Positions 29,880-41,010 of a stretch of 64,000 nt of DNA are shown one piece after another (position 1 is the stretch's first letter; each line of letters opens with the position of its first letter). The DNA is from Verrucomicrobiales bacterium (lineage in GTDB: Bacteria; Verrucomicrobiota; Verrucomicrobiia; Verrucomicrobiales; SLCJ01), in assembly GCA_046075565.1 (NCBI GenBank), contig JBJTQJ010000108.1:77305-141304 (forward strand), written 5' to 3'. The position numbers and the translations under genes were made by a program. The notes under the pieces were generated by a model, which did not search any database, was not told the DNA's origin, and was given only the letters and a program-made list of their open reading frames with translations.

Positions 29880-30167
29880 GTGAAACGCTCCAATCCGAAT
29901 TCCGAAGCCCCCTTTGAAGCCGCCTTGGCCGACCTCGAATCCATCGTGGCCAAGATGGAATCCTCCGACCTGCCCCTGGAAGAGATGATTTCAGGCTACG
30001 AAGACGGAATCCGGTTGCTTAGGATTTGCGAAGAACGCATCGCTGCCGCGCGCCAAAGAGTCGAAAAAATCGCCCGGGCGGGGGCGGATGGTGCGAAACT
30101 CGCTCCCTTTGAAGGTGAATCCGCCGGCGAATCCGCATCCAACACCCCGAACGACGAATTATTCTGA
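29880..30167 (+). CDS. xseB: Exodeoxyribonuclease VII small subunit
   Basis: FEAALADLESIVAKMES..LPLEE....YEDG..L...C; lies directly upstream of dxs. Confidence 0.9.
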   Translation: MKRSNPNSEAPFEAALADLESIVAKMESSDLPLEEMISGYEDGIRLLRICEERIAAARQRVEKIARAGADGAKLAPFEGESAGESASNTPNDELF

Positions 30168-30179
30168 CCCCTCGACCTA

Positions 30180-32096
30180 ATGAGCCACTCCTCTGATTGC
30201 CCACTGCTGGACACCATACAGGGACCTGCGGATGTAAAGAAGCTGAAAGCCGAAGAGCTCGACGCCCTTGCCGCGGAAATCCGCCACAAACTGGTCCACA
30301 GCATCTCGCGCACCGGAGGCCATCTCGGTCCGAATCTCGGAGTGGTGGAGCTTTCCATCGCCTTGCACCGGGTGTTCAACACACCGGCTGACAAGTTCGT
30401 CTTCGATGTCAGCCACCAGGGGTATGTCCACAAGATGCTCACCGGCCGCAACGAAAGCATCCACACCATCCGGCAATACGAGGGATTGAATGGCTTCCTC
30501 CTCCGCACCGAAAGCGAGCACGACATCTACGGTGCCGGACACGCCGGCACGGCCTTGTCGGCGGCTCTTGGCATGGCGGTCGCGCGCGACCTCTCTGGCG
30601 GCGATGAAAATGTCGTCTGCGTCGCGGGCGATGCCGCTTTCACCTGCGGCCCGACCTTCGAGGCCCTCAACAATATCGGTTCGACCAAACGCCTCATCGT
30701 CGTGCTCAACGACAACGAATGGTCCATCGACAAGAACGTCGGGGCGATTGCGCGCTACCTCAATCACCTCGCCACCAACAAAGCCTATTCAGCCATCCGC
30801 CACAAAGCCGCCGAATTCGTGGAGAAAGTCGCCGGTAAAATGGCACGCCGCATCGCCCACCGCATCGAGGAAGGCGCGAAGAATGTTCTCCTTCCCTCGG
30901 TGATTTTCGAGGAATTCGGGCTCCGTTATTTCGGCCCCATTGATGGCCACGACATCGCGACCCTCGTGCATTCATTCGAGTTCCTCAAAACCCTCAACGA
31001 ACCGGTTATCCTGCACATCATCACCGAGAAAGGCCGTGGTTACGAACCCGCTCTCGCCAACCCCGGGAAGTTCCACGGTCTCGGGCCCTACCAGATCGAA
31101 ACCGGAGAAACACCCACCACCGCACTCACCGCCTCGGATGTTTTCGCGCGCTCCGTGACCGACTTCGCCAAACAAGACAAGTCGATCGTCGCGATTACCG
31201 CCGCCATGCCGGGCGGGACCAAACTGGAAATCTTCAAGAAGGAGATCCCGGAACGTTACTTTGATGTGGGTATCGCAGAAGAACACGCGGCGCTTTTCGC
31301 CTGCGGACTGGCCACCCGCGGCTTGAAACCGTTTCTCGCCATTTACAGCACCTTCATGCAACGTGCGTATGACATGATCATCCACGACATGGCCATTCAG
31401 CAATTGCCAGTGCGTCTTTGTATGGACCGCGGCGGCCTCTCCGGCGACGACGGCCCCACCCACCACGGGCTATTCGATATTGGCTACCTCCGCCATGTGC
31501 CCAATCTCGTGCACATGCAGCCGAGAAACGAAAACGAGCTGGCCGACATGCTCTGGACCATGGCCTGCCATGAAGAAGGGCCCATCGCCATCCGTTATCC
31601 GCGCGGCCCCATCGCGGGAACCGCCGTGAAAGCGGAGCGCACTAAACTCGAAATCGGCAAAGCCGAAGTGCTGGTCGGCGATGGCAATGATGTCGCCCTC
31701 TTCGGGCTCGGAACCTTCTTCTCCATGGCCGAGGAAACACGCCAGGCTCTCGAACAGGCGGGAATCAGAGCCTCGCTCATCAACCCGCGTTTCATCAAAC
31801 CGCTCGACACCGCCGTGCTCGAGAAATTCGCGCGCCAATGCAAGGTGATCGCCACGTTCGAAGACCATGTCCTGCACAACGGATTCGGCTGCTCCGTCAT
31901 CGAACACCTCCACGAAGCCGGCATCCACACGCCCGTCATCCGCCTCGGCTGGCCGGACGAGTTCATCGAACACGGGACCGTGCCCATCTTGCGCGAAAAA
32001 CACGGCCTGACCCCCGGCCATGCAGTCGCCCGCATCAAGGCCCAACTCGAAGCCCTCGGCCATCGCCCCTCCGGTGCCCACCTCATCGCTGGTTAG
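30180..32096 (+). CDS. dxs: 1-deoxy-D-xylulose-5-phosphate synthase
   Basis: GGHLGPNLG, DVSHQ.Y.HK, GDAA..NDN ThDP motif, DVGIAEEHA, DRGG, DGPTHHG, IRYPRG. Confidence 0.97.
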   Translation: MSHSSDCPLLDTIQGPADVKKLKAEELDALAAEIRHKLVHSISRTGGHLGPNLGVVELSIALHRVFNTPADKFVFDVSHQGYVHKMLTGRNESIHTIRQYEGLNGFLLRTESEHDIYGAGHAGTALSAALGMAVARDLSGGDENVVCVAGDAAFTCGPTFEALNNIGSTKRLIVVLNDNEWSIDKNVGAIARYLNHLATNKAYSAIRHKAAEFVEKVAGKMARRIAHRIEEGAKNVLLPSVIFEEFGLRYFGPIDGHDIATLVHSFEFLKTLNEPVILHIITEKGRGYEPALANPGKFHGLGPYQIETGETPTTALTASDVFARSVTDFAKQDKSIVAITAAMPGGTKLEIFKKEIPERYFDVGIAEEHAALFACGLATRGLKPFLAIYSTFMQRAYDMIIHDMAIQQLPVRLCMDRGGLSGDDGPTHHGLFDIGYLRHVPNLVHMQPRNENELADMLWTMACHEEGPIAIRYPRGPIAGTAVKAERTKLEIGKAEVLVGDGNDVALFGLGTFFSMAEETRQALEQAGIRASLINPRFIKPLDTAVLEKFARQCKVIATFEDHVLHNGFGCSVIEHLHEAGIHTPVIRLGWPDEFIEHGTVPILREKHGLTPGHAVARIKAQLEALGHRPSGAHLIAG

Positions 32097-32110
32097 GCGT
32101 GAATCCGAGG

Positions 32111-32146
32111 GTCTTGTGTCTTGCTTCTTGCTGTCCTGTGTCCTCT
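32111..32146. repeat. Degenerate 7-nt tandem repeat
   Basis: GTCTTGT GTCTTGC TTCTTGC T GTCCTGT GTCCTCT between dxs and ispD. Confidence 0.55.
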
Positions 32147-32154
32147 GTTATTCC

Positions 32155-32820
32155 ATGATCACCGCCATTCTCGTAGCCGCCGGTTCTTCGTCCCGCATGG
32201 GCTTTGACAAACTCACCGCCGACCTCGCGGGCAAACCGGTCTTTCGCCACGCCCTTGATGCCTTCCAGACGGCCGACAAGATTGATGCCATCATCCTGGT
32301 TACCTCCCCCTCCCTTCTCTGTTCCGCCCAAGCCCTTGTTGGGTCGAAGGAACTCGGCAAACTTGCCGCCGTCGTCGCGGGTGGAGCCGAACGCCAGGAC
32401 TCGGTGCGTGCCGGAATCGCCGCCGCCCCGGCGGGCACCACCCATGTCGCGGTGCACGATGCCGCCCGCCCGCTCGTTTCTCCCGTCGCCATCGACGAGA
32501 CCGTCGCCGCCGCCGTGTTGCATGGGGCCGCCGCACTTGCTCGCCCGATTCCCGACACTGTCAAACGCGTGGACGAAAGCGGCTGGATCACCAGCGCCGT
32601 GGATCGCAGCGGCCTCTGGGCCATGGAAACCCCGCAGGCTGCCCGTCTCGATTGGCTGCAAGCCGCCCTTTCCGCCATCACTAGCAACGGCGGGCATGTG
32701 ACCGATGAAGTTTCGGCTCTCCATGAGGCAGGTCATCAGGTCCACGCGGTGCGTAGCCACGCCCCGAACATCAAAATCACTTGGCCGGAAGATATCGACA
32801 CCGCTCTGCGGTGGCTGTGA
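32155..32820 (+). CDS. ispD: 2-C-methyl-D-erythritol 4-phosphate cytidylyltransferase
   Basis: AAGSSSRMG..K, GGAERQDSV, VHDAARP, DTVK, ETPQ, TDE, NIKITWPED. Confidence 0.95.
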   Translation: MITAILVAAGSSSRMGFDKLTADLAGKPVFRHALDAFQTADKIDAIILVTSPSLLCSAQALVGSKELGKLAAVVAGGAERQDSVRAGIAAAPAGTTHVAVHDAARPLVSPVAIDETVAAAVLHGAAALARPIPDTVKRVDESGWITSAVDRSGLWAMETPQAARLDWLQAALSAITSNGGHVTDEVSALHEAGHQVHAVRSHAPNIKITWPEDIDTALRWL

Positions 32821-32829
32821 GTGCCGGAA

Positions 32830-33648
32830 TCACTTCGGACGGTTCCTTTGTCCCCTCCCCCGCCAGGTGGCCGGGTCGAGGCTGGGAGTGCCGAGCAGGT
32901 CACTGGCCCCGCTCATGTCGGCATCGGAGATTTTTTGCAGAAAACCCTTCTGCTCTTCGGTGAATCCTGACGTGACCTCCGAGAGGGCGCGTTCGTTGAG
33001 GGCCTCCCGTTCCGGCGAATCGACAGGAAGGTTATTGTATTGGGTCTTGTATCGCTCCACCACACCGGCAACACGGGTCCGCTCGTTGTCCTCAAGTCCG
33101 AGCGATTCCGCGAGAATTGAGGCGCGGAATTCGGAGAACTCCTTCGGTTTGTCGTCGAGTTTCTGCATCTCCTGGAGAATCGGCCCCATGGAAACGAACT
33201 TGAGGAACATGTCGCGGGACTTGGCCGCCCGTTCCGGGTCATCCTGCGCCATGTCACGGAGCAGGATGGCATCGCGCATGGCCGAACCCATGAATTTTCC
33301 GGCATCGCGGGTGCTGCCATAAGAAAAGGTCCACTCCTTGTTGAGTTCCTCCACTTCCTTCTTCATCTTCGCCATATCCTCGGAGAGTTTGTCGCGCTCG
33401 GTTCGCAGTGCGGCGGTCTCCCCATCCTTGGTCGCCAGTTTGTTTTGCAATTCATCAAGTCTGGCCTGCAACCCCTTGGCGCGTTCCTCGGCGTCCGCCA
33501 ACGCCCGGCGGAGGGCATCATCATTTCCGGTTAGCCAGGCAATAGGCCCGGCGCCATCTCCACCGCGTCCGCCCATGCGATTCCCCAGGAAAAACCCGCC
33601 GACCAAGGCGAGCACGAGAAAAAGAATTGCCAGTGGCTTTGATTTCAT
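32830..33648 (-). CDS. Hypothetical membrane-anchored coiled-coil protein
   Basis: N-terminal hydrophobic anchor followed by a heptad-rich charged helix. Confidence 0.7.
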   Translation of the reverse strand: MKSKPLAILFLVLALVGGFFLGNRMGGRGGDGAGPIAWLTGNDDALRRALADAEERAKGLQARLDELQNKLATKDGETAALRTERDKLSEDMAKMKKEVEELNKEWTFSYGSTRDAGKFMGSAMRDAILLRDMAQDDPERAAKSRDMFLKFVSMGPILQEMQKLDDKPKEFSEFRASILAESLGLEDNERTRVAGVVERYKTQYNNLPVDSPEREALNERALSEVTSGFTEEQKGFLQKISDADMSGASDLLGTPSLDPATWRGRGQRNRPK

Positions 33649-33762
33649 GACTTTACCAAGCTTGAACGATTCCTCTACCTCCGACAAGCAAGAAACTCTG
33701 TCTCGGGAGGAAGATTCGAACTTTTCTGGATCCGGAAGGGTGGGCAGCAGCGTTCCTGTGCT

Positions 33763-34281
33763 ATGGAGAGACGCAAAATAATCCTCGTCATTACCGCCAT
33801 GGGACTTCTCACATTTTTGGGCATTAGCAGCACTGGCGCCGAAATCGAGCTCGGAGCCCCGGCGCCCGCGGTCACGGCATCCGACCATGATGGAAAAGAT
33901 GTCGATATCGCCGCCGAATCCGCCACCGGTTACACCTTTGTTTTCTTTTATCCCAAAGCCAACACACCCGGCTGCACCAAGCAAGCCTGCTCCCTGCGCG
34001 ATGCCTACACCAGCCTCACGACCAAAGGCATCAAGGTCATCGGCGTTTCGCGCGATACCGTGGTCAATCAGAAATCCTTCGCCACGGAACAAAAGCTGCC
34101 CTACCGCCTGCTGGCCGACCCGGACGGCAAAGTGACCGAAGCTTTCGGCGTGCCCACCCTGGCCAACCTGGCCAAACGACAGGCATACCTTTTCAAAGAT
34201 GGCAGACTGGTCTGGCGCGACCTAGCGGCATCCACCGACCAACAAGCCGCCGAGGTGTTGGAAGCCGTTGGCAAAATGTGA
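33763..34281 (+). CDS. bcp: Peroxiredoxin, BCP/PrxQ family
   Basis: FYPKANTPGCTKQAC, GVSRD, LLADPD. Confidence 0.9.
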   Translation: MERRKIILVITAMGLLTFLGISSTGAEIELGAPAPAVTASDHDGKDVDIAAESATGYTFVFFYPKANTPGCTKQACSLRDAYTSLTTKGIKVIGVSRDTVVNQKSFATEQKLPYRLLADPDGKVTEAFGVPTLANLAKRQAYLFKDGRLVWRDLAASTDQQAAEVLEAVGKM

Positions 34282-34329
34282 CATCCGATTTCCCGGGCAA
34301 AACCACGGGAAACATGCGAGACTCCCGCG

Positions 34330-35109
34330 ATGATGGAATCCGCCGAGAATGCCCTGAACCAACTCGAAACACGTTCGTATTTCGCACGTGGTCGCAATGC
34401 CCTCGTGACCCGGGCCGACTTCGGCCCGCTCTATGAAGACTATTACCTGCACTGGCTGCAACATGGCATCCGTTTTCCCACCGAGGCCGATGATGTGCTC
34501 AAGGACGCGCTCGCCGCACTCGTGCTTCATCTCGCTTCCCGTCCGCAGGATGAGACAGTGGCATGGACCGTCAACTTTCCCTCGCCGGTGCTCGGGCTCT
34601 TTGTCACAGGTTCAACAAGACCCGGCAACGTGGTCGGGCGCGTTTGGAGCGAGGGCGTGCGCGCGACCGGTTGCGGTCTCTTCTGTTCGGAAACCCGCGC
34701 CGGGAATGGACAGGTGCGGCGCAGCAATGTGGAATTCCAGGACGGGGATTTCTTCCATGCCGTGGAAATGTATTATGCCCAGAGCGAACAACGCCCGGCA
34801 CGATTGTTCCGACATGGCCCGGAAGATTTCGTGATGGTTTCCGCTCAACCGGAATGTGATCTCGAATGGATCGCCTCTCTGGACGACGATGCCATCCGCG
34901 ACCTTGATAAAAACGAGACCCTGTCCCTGCTCGAAACGCGCGCCTACCATTTTGACTGCGGTTGCACCGCCGAGAGAATCACCGGTCGCCTTGCCGCCCT
35001 CGGCCGCGCGGGCATCGACGACCTTTTCGCCGGCGACGAAAACATCCGCGTTGACTGTCCACGTTGCGGCGCGGTCTTCGATGTGACGAGGCAGATGTTC
35101 GAAACCTGA
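34330..35109 (+). CDS. hslO: Hsp33-family redox chaperone
   Basis: YYAQSEQ and C-terminal zinc motif CGC...CPRC. Confidence 0.75.
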   Translation: MMESAENALNQLETRSYFARGRNALVTRADFGPLYEDYYLHWLQHGIRFPTEADDVLKDALAALVLHLASRPQDETVAWTVNFPSPVLGLFVTGSTRPGNVVGRVWSEGVRATGCGLFCSETRAGNGQVRRSNVEFQDGDFFHAVEMYYAQSEQRPARLFRHGPEDFVMVSAQPECDLEWIASLDDDAIRDLDKNETLSLLETRAYHFDCGCTAERITGRLAALGRAGIDDLFAGDENIRVDCPRCGAVFDVTRQMFET

Positions 35110-35146
35110 GGAGCCCGAAGTCGGCCGCCCGCCCCCGGACAATGAA

Positions 35147-36649
35147 ATGATGGTCGGCGCTCCGACGTATAGGCGGCTCATGGTAGGGTTCCATTTACGA
35201 CTGATCCATCTTTATCTCCTGCTGACCTTGACCCTACCGGTCGCGGTTGCCGCCGATGTCTCGGAACTCTGGGGAAAGGACGGCGAGAATTGGGATCCGG
35301 CGGGACGTCTGCCGGGAGTCTCGTTCGCCGGCTATGCTTGCGGCGAAGAACTGATCCCTTCGCCACCGGTTGCCGTGGACGTGCGCGCTTTCGGTGCCAA
35401 GGGTGATGGCACAACCGACGACTCGGCCGCTTTCCTCGAGGCTATCGCGAAAACACAGCAGGGCGTGATTTTTGTTCCACCGGGCAGATACAAGATTACC
35501 CGCATCCTCGAAATCACCCGTTCGGGCGTCGTTCTGCGCGGGGCCGGAACAGCGAAGACCGCACTGTATTGTCCGGTGCCATTGCATCACATCAAGCCTG
35601 ATATGGGTGAGACCACGGAAGGACGGCCCACCTCGAACTATTCCTGGTCGGGTGGCATGGTCTGGTTCAAGGGAAACGACAATGGCAAGAGAGTCGGCAG
35701 GGTGGCCGCCCCCGCGAAGCGCGGTGATTCGGTCCTGCGATTGGACCGTGCACCGGAGAAACTCCAACCCGGGGAGTGGGTCGAACTGCGCCAAACGGAT
35801 GACGAAAAGAAATCGCTCCTCCATCACGTCTATTCGGAGGATCCCGGCGACATCTCAAGAATCCCCGCCTCGCGACATAGAAATTCATTCGTCGCGCGGG
35901 TGAAGTCCACCGAAGGAAGCTCGGTCACCCTCGACCGCCCGCTGCGCATTGATGTCCGGCCCGAATGGCAACCCGTTCTCTCGACATGGGAACCGGACGT
36001 TCAACAAAGCGGGGTCGAGTCCATGCGATTCGAATTTCCGGCACGCGCGTATGACGGACATTTCACCGAGCTCGGGTTCAACGCCGTCGCGCTCCAGGGT
36101 GTGGCCCACTGCTGGGCGCGGGATCTCGAGTTGGTGAATGCCGACAGTGGTATCTTCGTCAGCGGACGGTTCTGCACCATTGAAGGAATCGTTTGCCGCC
36201 TCGTCGGAGCCACCGAAATGAGTAATGATTTCGGTCATCACGGAATCTCGATGACCGGCAGCGACAATCTGCTCAGCCGCTTCGACTTGCAGCAAAGGTT
36301 CATCCACGATATCACCGTTGCCGGCGGCTCGGGCAATGTCGCCCGCGCCGGGCGAGGATGGGATCTTGCCATCGATCACCACAGGAGAGCCCCGCACGAC
36401 AATGTCTTCACCAATCTCGACGCCGGTGAAGGCTCCCGCCTATGGCGCTCCGGCGGAGGAAGGGCCCTTGGTCGGCATTGCGGTGCCCGCGGCACCTTTT
36501 GGAACATTCGTTCAAAACGCGAAATTCCCTCTCCCAAGGACTTCGGACCGGACGACCTCAATCTCGTCGGGTTTGTTACAGGCTCCAATTCCGGCGTGCA
36601 TCCGCCTGACCTCTACCGGGCCCAATTGGAGAAGCGACTCCGCAAGTAA
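35147..36649 (+). CDS. Secreted beta-helix carbohydrate-active protein (pectate-lyase-3/GH55-like N-terminus); start uncertain
   Basis: SFAGY, VDVRAFGAKGDGTTDDSAAF, FVPPGRY, VVLRGAG, GHHG, DHH. Confidence 0.75.
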   Translation: MMVGAPTYRRLMVGFHLRLIHLYLLLTLTLPVAVAADVSELWGKDGENWDPAGRLPGVSFAGYACGEELIPSPPVAVDVRAFGAKGDGTTDDSAAFLEAIAKTQQGVIFVPPGRYKITRILEITRSGVVLRGAGTAKTALYCPVPLHHIKPDMGETTEGRPTSNYSWSGGMVWFKGNDNGKRVGRVAAPAKRGDSVLRLDRAPEKLQPGEWVELRQTDDEKKSLLHHVYSEDPGDISRIPASRHRNSFVARVKSTEGSSVTLDRPLRIDVRPEWQPVLSTWEPDVQQSGVESMRFEFPARAYDGHFTELGFNAVALQGVAHCWARDLELVNADSGIFVSGRFCTIEGIVCRLVGATEMSNDFGHHGISMTGSDNLLSRFDLQQRFIHDITVAGGSGNVARAGRGWDLAIDHHRRAPHDNVFTNLDAGEGSRLWRSGGGRALGRHCGARGTFWNIRSKREIPSPKDFGPDDLNLVGFVTGSNSGVHPPDLYRAQLEKRLRK

Positions 36650-36664
36650 CCCTCCACCGAACAC

Positions 36665-37561
36665 TCACGCCCGCGGGTGAAAATTCCGGTGCAGTTGCCG
36701 GAGATGAGCCGCATCGACGTGGGTGTAAATCTGTGTGGTCGAGATGTCGGCGTGCCCTAACATCTCCTGAATCACCCGCAGATCGGCTCCCCTCCCCAAA
36801 AGATGGGTGGCGAAGGAATGGCGGAAAAGGTGCGGATACAGGTTCCAATCCAGACCGGCGGCGCGGGAGCGTTCGATGAGGATTTGCCGGACGCGTTCCG
36901 TGGTCAGCCGGGTGCCGCGCCGGGAAAGAAAGACCGTGGAGGGGCTTTTGTTGTTCGCGAAGACGGTCCGCCCGTCGAGCAGCCAATTTTCAATGGCCGT
37001 GCGGGCGGCCCCGCCGACGGGAACCACGCGAGTTTTGTTTCCCTTGCCGGTCACGCGAACGAAGGCCTCCTCCAGATGCAGGTGTTCCAGCCTGGCATTG
37101 ACGAGTTCGGATACCCGCAGCCCCGAGCTGTAGAGCAGTTCGGCAATGGCGCGATCACGGCGGTCCATGGGCGTAGAAACCGGGATCGATTCGAGAAAAT
37201 GCCGGACCTGCCCTTCCCCGAGCGTTTCCGGAAGCGTTTTGTCTGGTCGGGCCGGGATGAGTTGGGCCGCCGGATCGGCGGAAATTTGCCCTAGGGCGGC
37301 CAGCCGACGGTAGAAAATCCGGAGGGCGATCGCGACCAAACGCAAAGAGGACGCCGCCAGCCCGCCGTCCTTGCGCGCCCCTAGGTAGGCCCCGAGGTCG
37401 TCCAGATCGGCCGACGTGGGAGAGTCCCAGCCTTTTTCCCGGTGGCACCAGGTCGCAAAATCCTCCAATTGCCGCTGGATCAGGGTCTGGTAATTGACCG
37501 ATAGCCCCCGCTCGGTGGCGAGATGGAGCAGGAATCCGTCGATGGCCTCTTCGAAGGTCAT
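36665..37561 (-). CDS. xerD: Site-specific tyrosine recombinase XerD/XerC type
   Basis: [61 protein letters not shown]. Confidence 0.9.
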   Translation of the reverse strand: MTFEEAIDGFLLHLATERGLSVNYQTLIQRQLEDFATWCHREKGWDSPTSADLDDLGAYLGARKDGGLAASSLRLVAIALRIFYRRLAALGQISADPAAQLIPARPDKTLPETLGEGQVRHFLESIPVSTPMDRRDRAIAELLYSSGLRVSELVNARLEHLHLEEAFVRVTGKGNKTRVVPVGGAARTAIENWLLDGRTVFANNKSPSTVFLSRRGTRLTTERVRQILIERSRAAGLDWNLYPHLFRHSFATHLLGRGADLRVIQEMLGHADISTTQIYTHVDAAHLRQLHRNFHPRA

Positions 37562-37720
37562 GGCCGAGCATCGCACACTCCTGACCAGCCCGCCAGTTTG
37601 GCAGTGTCCGGAATCGGGTATTTCGGTCTGTCCGGGGGTTGCAAAGCGGGGTGTCTTGCCCTTTGGTGCGGCGGTTCGGGAAATGGCCTTGATTGCCCCC
37701 GGCCGAACCCGCGATTTCCC

Positions 37721-40700
37721 ATGCCCAAGGACACCAGCATCCAGAAAATTCTCGTTATCGGCTCCGGCCCCATTGTCATCGGCCAAGCCTGTGAATTCGA
37801 TTACTCCGGAACCCAAGCCTGCAAGGCGCTGCGCGAGGAAGGTTACCAGGTCGTGCTGGTGAATTCCAACCCGGCCAGCATCATGACCGACCCGGAATTC
37901 GCCAACCGGACCTACATCGAGCCGATCACCCCCGAGGTGGTGGAAAAGATCATCGAACGCGAGAAACCGGACGCCCTCCTTCCCACTCTCGGCGGCCAGA
38001 CCGCTCTCAACACCGCCATGTCCCTCTGGAAAAGCGGTGTCCTCACCCGCCACAACGTGCGCATGATCGGGGCGAATGCCGACGCCATTGACAAAGGCGA
38101 AGATCGCCAGCGCTTCAAAGACGCCATGCTCGAAATCGGCCTCGACGTGGCCCGCAGCGGGGTCGCCCACACGATGGAAGATGCCCAACGCGTCGCCGCG
38201 GAGATCGGCGGTTTCCCGCTCATCATCCGCCCCGCTTTCACGCTCGGAGGCAGTGGCGGCGGCATCGCTTATAACAGGGAGGAATTCGACGACATCGCCG
38301 CCCGCGGCCTTGACCTTTCCCCGGTCAGTGAGATCCTCGTCGAGGAATCCCTGCTCGGATGGAAGGAATTCGAGATGGAGGTCATGCGCGACCGCCTCGA
38401 CAACTGCGTGGTCATCTGTTCGATCGAAAACCTTGATCCAATGGGCGTGCATACCGGCGACTCCATCACCGTCGCCCCGGCCCAGACCCTGACCGACCGC
38501 GAATACCAAATCATGCGCGACGCCAGCTTCGCGGTCATCCGCGAGATCGGCGTGGAAACCGGCGGTTCGAACATCCAGTTCTGCGTTCATCCTGACAACG
38601 GACGTATGATCGTGATCGAGATGAACCCGCGCGTCTCGCGATCCTCCGCCCTCGCCTCCAAGGCCACCGGCTTCCCCATCGCGAAGATCGCCGCCAAACT
38701 CGCCGTCGGCTACACGCTCGACGAGTTGAAGAACGACATCACCCGCGAAACGCCGGCCAGTTTCGAGCCGACCATCGACTACGTGGTGACCAAGGTCCCG
38801 CGTTTCACCTTCGAGAAGTTCAAGGACGCCGATCCCGTCCTAACAACCCAGATGAAATCCGTCGGCGAGGCCATGGCCATCGGACGGACGTTCAAGGAGT
38901 CGCTGCAAAAGGCGCTGCGTTCCCTTGAAACCGGGCGCGCCGGCCTGCTCGGCGACGGCCGCGATCAATCGATTGAAGACCGGGAGCTTATTTCCCGCAA
39001 GCTCAGTGTCCCGAATGCCGAACGCATCTTCTGGCTCGGGGCCGCCTTCCGCACCGGCTTCGATGTCGAGGAAGTTTTTGATCTGACCAAAATCGACCGC
39101 TGGTTCCTGCGCCACATCTCCGAGATCGTGACTGCCGCCAAAGGACTCGCCGCGATGGATCTCCGCCAAGCCAAACGCCTCGGTTTCTCCGACCGCCAGA
39201 TCGCCTACTCCCGGGCCCGCTACCACGACAAACCGTGCAGCGAACTCGAGATCCGCGCCGAGCGCAAGGCGACCGGCGTCACCCCGACCTACCGCCTTGT
39301 TGACACCTGCGCCGCAGAATTCGAGGCCTACACGCCCTACTACTACTCGACCTACGGCATCGAAAACGAGAGCCGCGAAAGCGGGAAGAAGAAAATCATG
39401 ATTCTCGGCGGCGGCCCCAACCGCATCGGCCAGGGGATCGAGTTCGACTACTGCTGCGTGCACGCCGCTTTCGCTCTCAAGGAAATGGGCTTCGAGACCA
39501 TCATGGTGAACTCGAACCCGGAGACCGTCTCGACCGACTACGATACCTCCGACAAACTCTACTTCGAGCCGCTGACCCTTGAAGACGTGCTTAATATCTA
39601 CGAGCAGGAGAAATGCGACGGCGCCATCGTGCAGTTCGGCGGCCAGACCCCGCTCAATCTCGCCCAAGCCCTCGAAGGCAATGGCGTCAATGTCATCGGC
39701 ACCTCTCCGCGCAGCATCGAACTGGCCGAGGACCGGAAATTCTTCTCCGTCCTGCTCGACCAACTCGGCCTCAAACAAGCCCCGGCCGGCACCGCCGTCT
39801 CCGAAGACGAAGCCGTCGAAATCGCCCGCCGCATCGGCTTCCCCGTGCTCGTGCGTCCTTCCTTCGTGCTCGGCGGCCGTGCCATGATGATCGTTTATGA
39901 TGAGGACGAAGTGCGCCACTACATGCGCACGGCCGTGGAAGCCAGCCCGGAACGCCCGGTGCTCGTGGACCGTTTCCTCGACGGAGCCACCGAAGTGGAT
40001 GTAGATTTGATTTCCGATGGCGAAACAACCGTGCTGGGAGCCATCATGGAACACATCGAACCGGCAGGCATCCACAGCGGCGACAGCGCCTGCGTCATCC
40101 CCGCCTTCTCGCTCAGCGCCGAAATGCAGGCCGAGATCACCCGCGCCGCCAAGGCCCTAGCCGATGCTCTTGAAGTGCGCGGACTGATGAACATCCAGTT
40201 CGCGGTCAAAGATGGTGAACTGTTTGTCATCGAGGTCAACCCGCGCGCCTCGCGCACCGTGCCCTTTGTTTCCAAAGCCATTGGCGTCCCTCTGGCCAAA
40301 CTCGCGGCCAAGGTCATGGCTGGAGCCAAACTCAAGGACCTCGGATTCACAAGCGAAATCATCCCGCCCTACCATTCGGTCAAGGAAGCCGTCTTCCCCT
40401 TCAACCGTTTCCCAGGCATCGACATCATCCTCGGCCCCGAGATGAAAGCGACCGGCGAGGTCATGGGCATTGCCGACGACTTTGGTTCCGCCTACGCGAA
40501 AAGCCAGATGGCCGCCTCCAACGCGCTCCCGCGCGGAGGAAAGGTTTTTGTCTCCGTGCGCGATCGCGACAAAGCCGCCGTGGTCGATATCGCCCGCGGA
40601 TTCCATGAACTCGGCTTCAAGGTCGTCTCCACCTGCGGCACGGCAAAATTCCTCACCAACGAAGATGTCCCTGTCCAAGCGGTCAACAAACTCGCCGAAG

Positions 40701-40930
40701 GACGCCCCAACATTCTCGACGCCATCAAGAATGGGGAAATCGATTTCGTGGTCAACACGCCGAGTTCGCAGGAAACCCGCGCCGACGAACGGAAGATCCG
40801 CGCCGCCGCCGTGCAATACCGGATCTCGCATTGCACCAACCTCGCCGCCGCCAAAGCCACCGTCGAAGCCATCAGGGCTCTCCAATCGAAAGACATCTCG
40901 GTCAAATCCATCCAGGAATGGCACGCGTGA
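37721..40930 (+). CDS. carB: Carbamoyl-phosphate synthase large subunit
   Basis: [18 protein letters not shown], duplicated ATP-grasp (EMNPR / EVNPR), [14 protein letters not shown]-terminal MGS domain. Confidence 0.98.
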   Translation: MPKDTSIQKILVIGSGPIVIGQACEFDYSGTQACKALREEGYQVVLVNSNPASIMTDPEFANRTYIEPITPEVVEKIIEREKPDALLPTLGGQTALNTAMSLWKSGVLTRHNVRMIGANADAIDKGEDRQRFKDAMLEIGLDVARSGVAHTMEDAQRVAAEIGGFPLIIRPAFTLGGSGGGIAYNREEFDDIAARGLDLSPVSEILVEESLLGWKEFEMEVMRDRLDNCVVICSIENLDPMGVHTGDSITVAPAQTLTDREYQIMRDASFAVIREIGVETGGSNIQFCVHPDNGRMIVIEMNPRVSRSSALASKATGFPIAKIAAKLAVGYTLDELKNDITRETPASFEPTIDYVVTKVPRFTFEKFKDADPVLTTQMKSVGEAMAIGRTFKESLQKALRSLETGRAGLLGDGRDQSIEDRELISRKLSVPNAERIFWLGAAFRTGFDVEEVFDLTKIDRWFLRHISEIVTAAKGLAAMDLRQAKRLGFSDRQIAYSRARYHDKPCSELEIRAERKATGVTPTYRLVDTCAAEFEAYTPYYYSTYGIENESRESGKKKIMILGGGPNRIGQGIEFDYCCVHAAFALKEMGFETIMVNSNPETVSTDYDTSDKLYFEPLTLEDVLNIYEQEKCDGAIVQFGGQTPLNLAQALEGNGVNVIGTSPRSIELAEDRKFFSVLLDQLGLKQAPAGTAVSEDEAVEIARRIGFPVLVRPSFVLGGRAMMIVYDEDEVRHYMRTAVEASPERPVLVDRFLDGATEVDVDLISDGETTVLGAIMEHIEPAGIHSGDSACVIPAFSLSAEMQAEITRAAKALADALEVRGLMNIQFAVKDGELFVIEVNPRASRTVPFVSKAIGVPLAKLAAKVMAGAKLKDLGFTSEIIPPYHSVKEAVFPFNRFPGIDIILGPEMKATGEVMGIADDFGSAYAKSQMAASNALPRGGKVFVSVRDRDKAAVVDIARGFHELGFKVVSTCGTAKFLTNEDVPVQAVNKLAEGRPNILDAIKNGEIDFVVNTPSSQETRADERKIRAAAVQYRISHCTNLAAAKATVEAIRALQSKDISVKSIQEWHA

Positions 40931-41010
40931 GCGGAGCCGCGGGTTCCGCCTGCCCTGTCTCCCGCATTTGGTCTGGAAATTTCCGCTTGGGGCGCTAGGG
41001 TCAAACCCAC

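Noticed and set aside
33649-34092. Upstream extension of the 420-aa minus-strand ORF
   Set aside because: Antisense to bcp; the membrane-anchor start MKSKPL at 33648 is more plausible.
36665-37561. Tyrosine recombinase as the integrase of a mobile element
   Set aside because: XerD-like size and motifs, flanked by housekeeping genes, with no att repeats or cargo.
37562-38590. Apparent 340-aa N-terminal extension of the Xer recombinase
   Set aside because: It is the antisense shadow of carB; the recombinase domain starts at MTFEEAID (37561).
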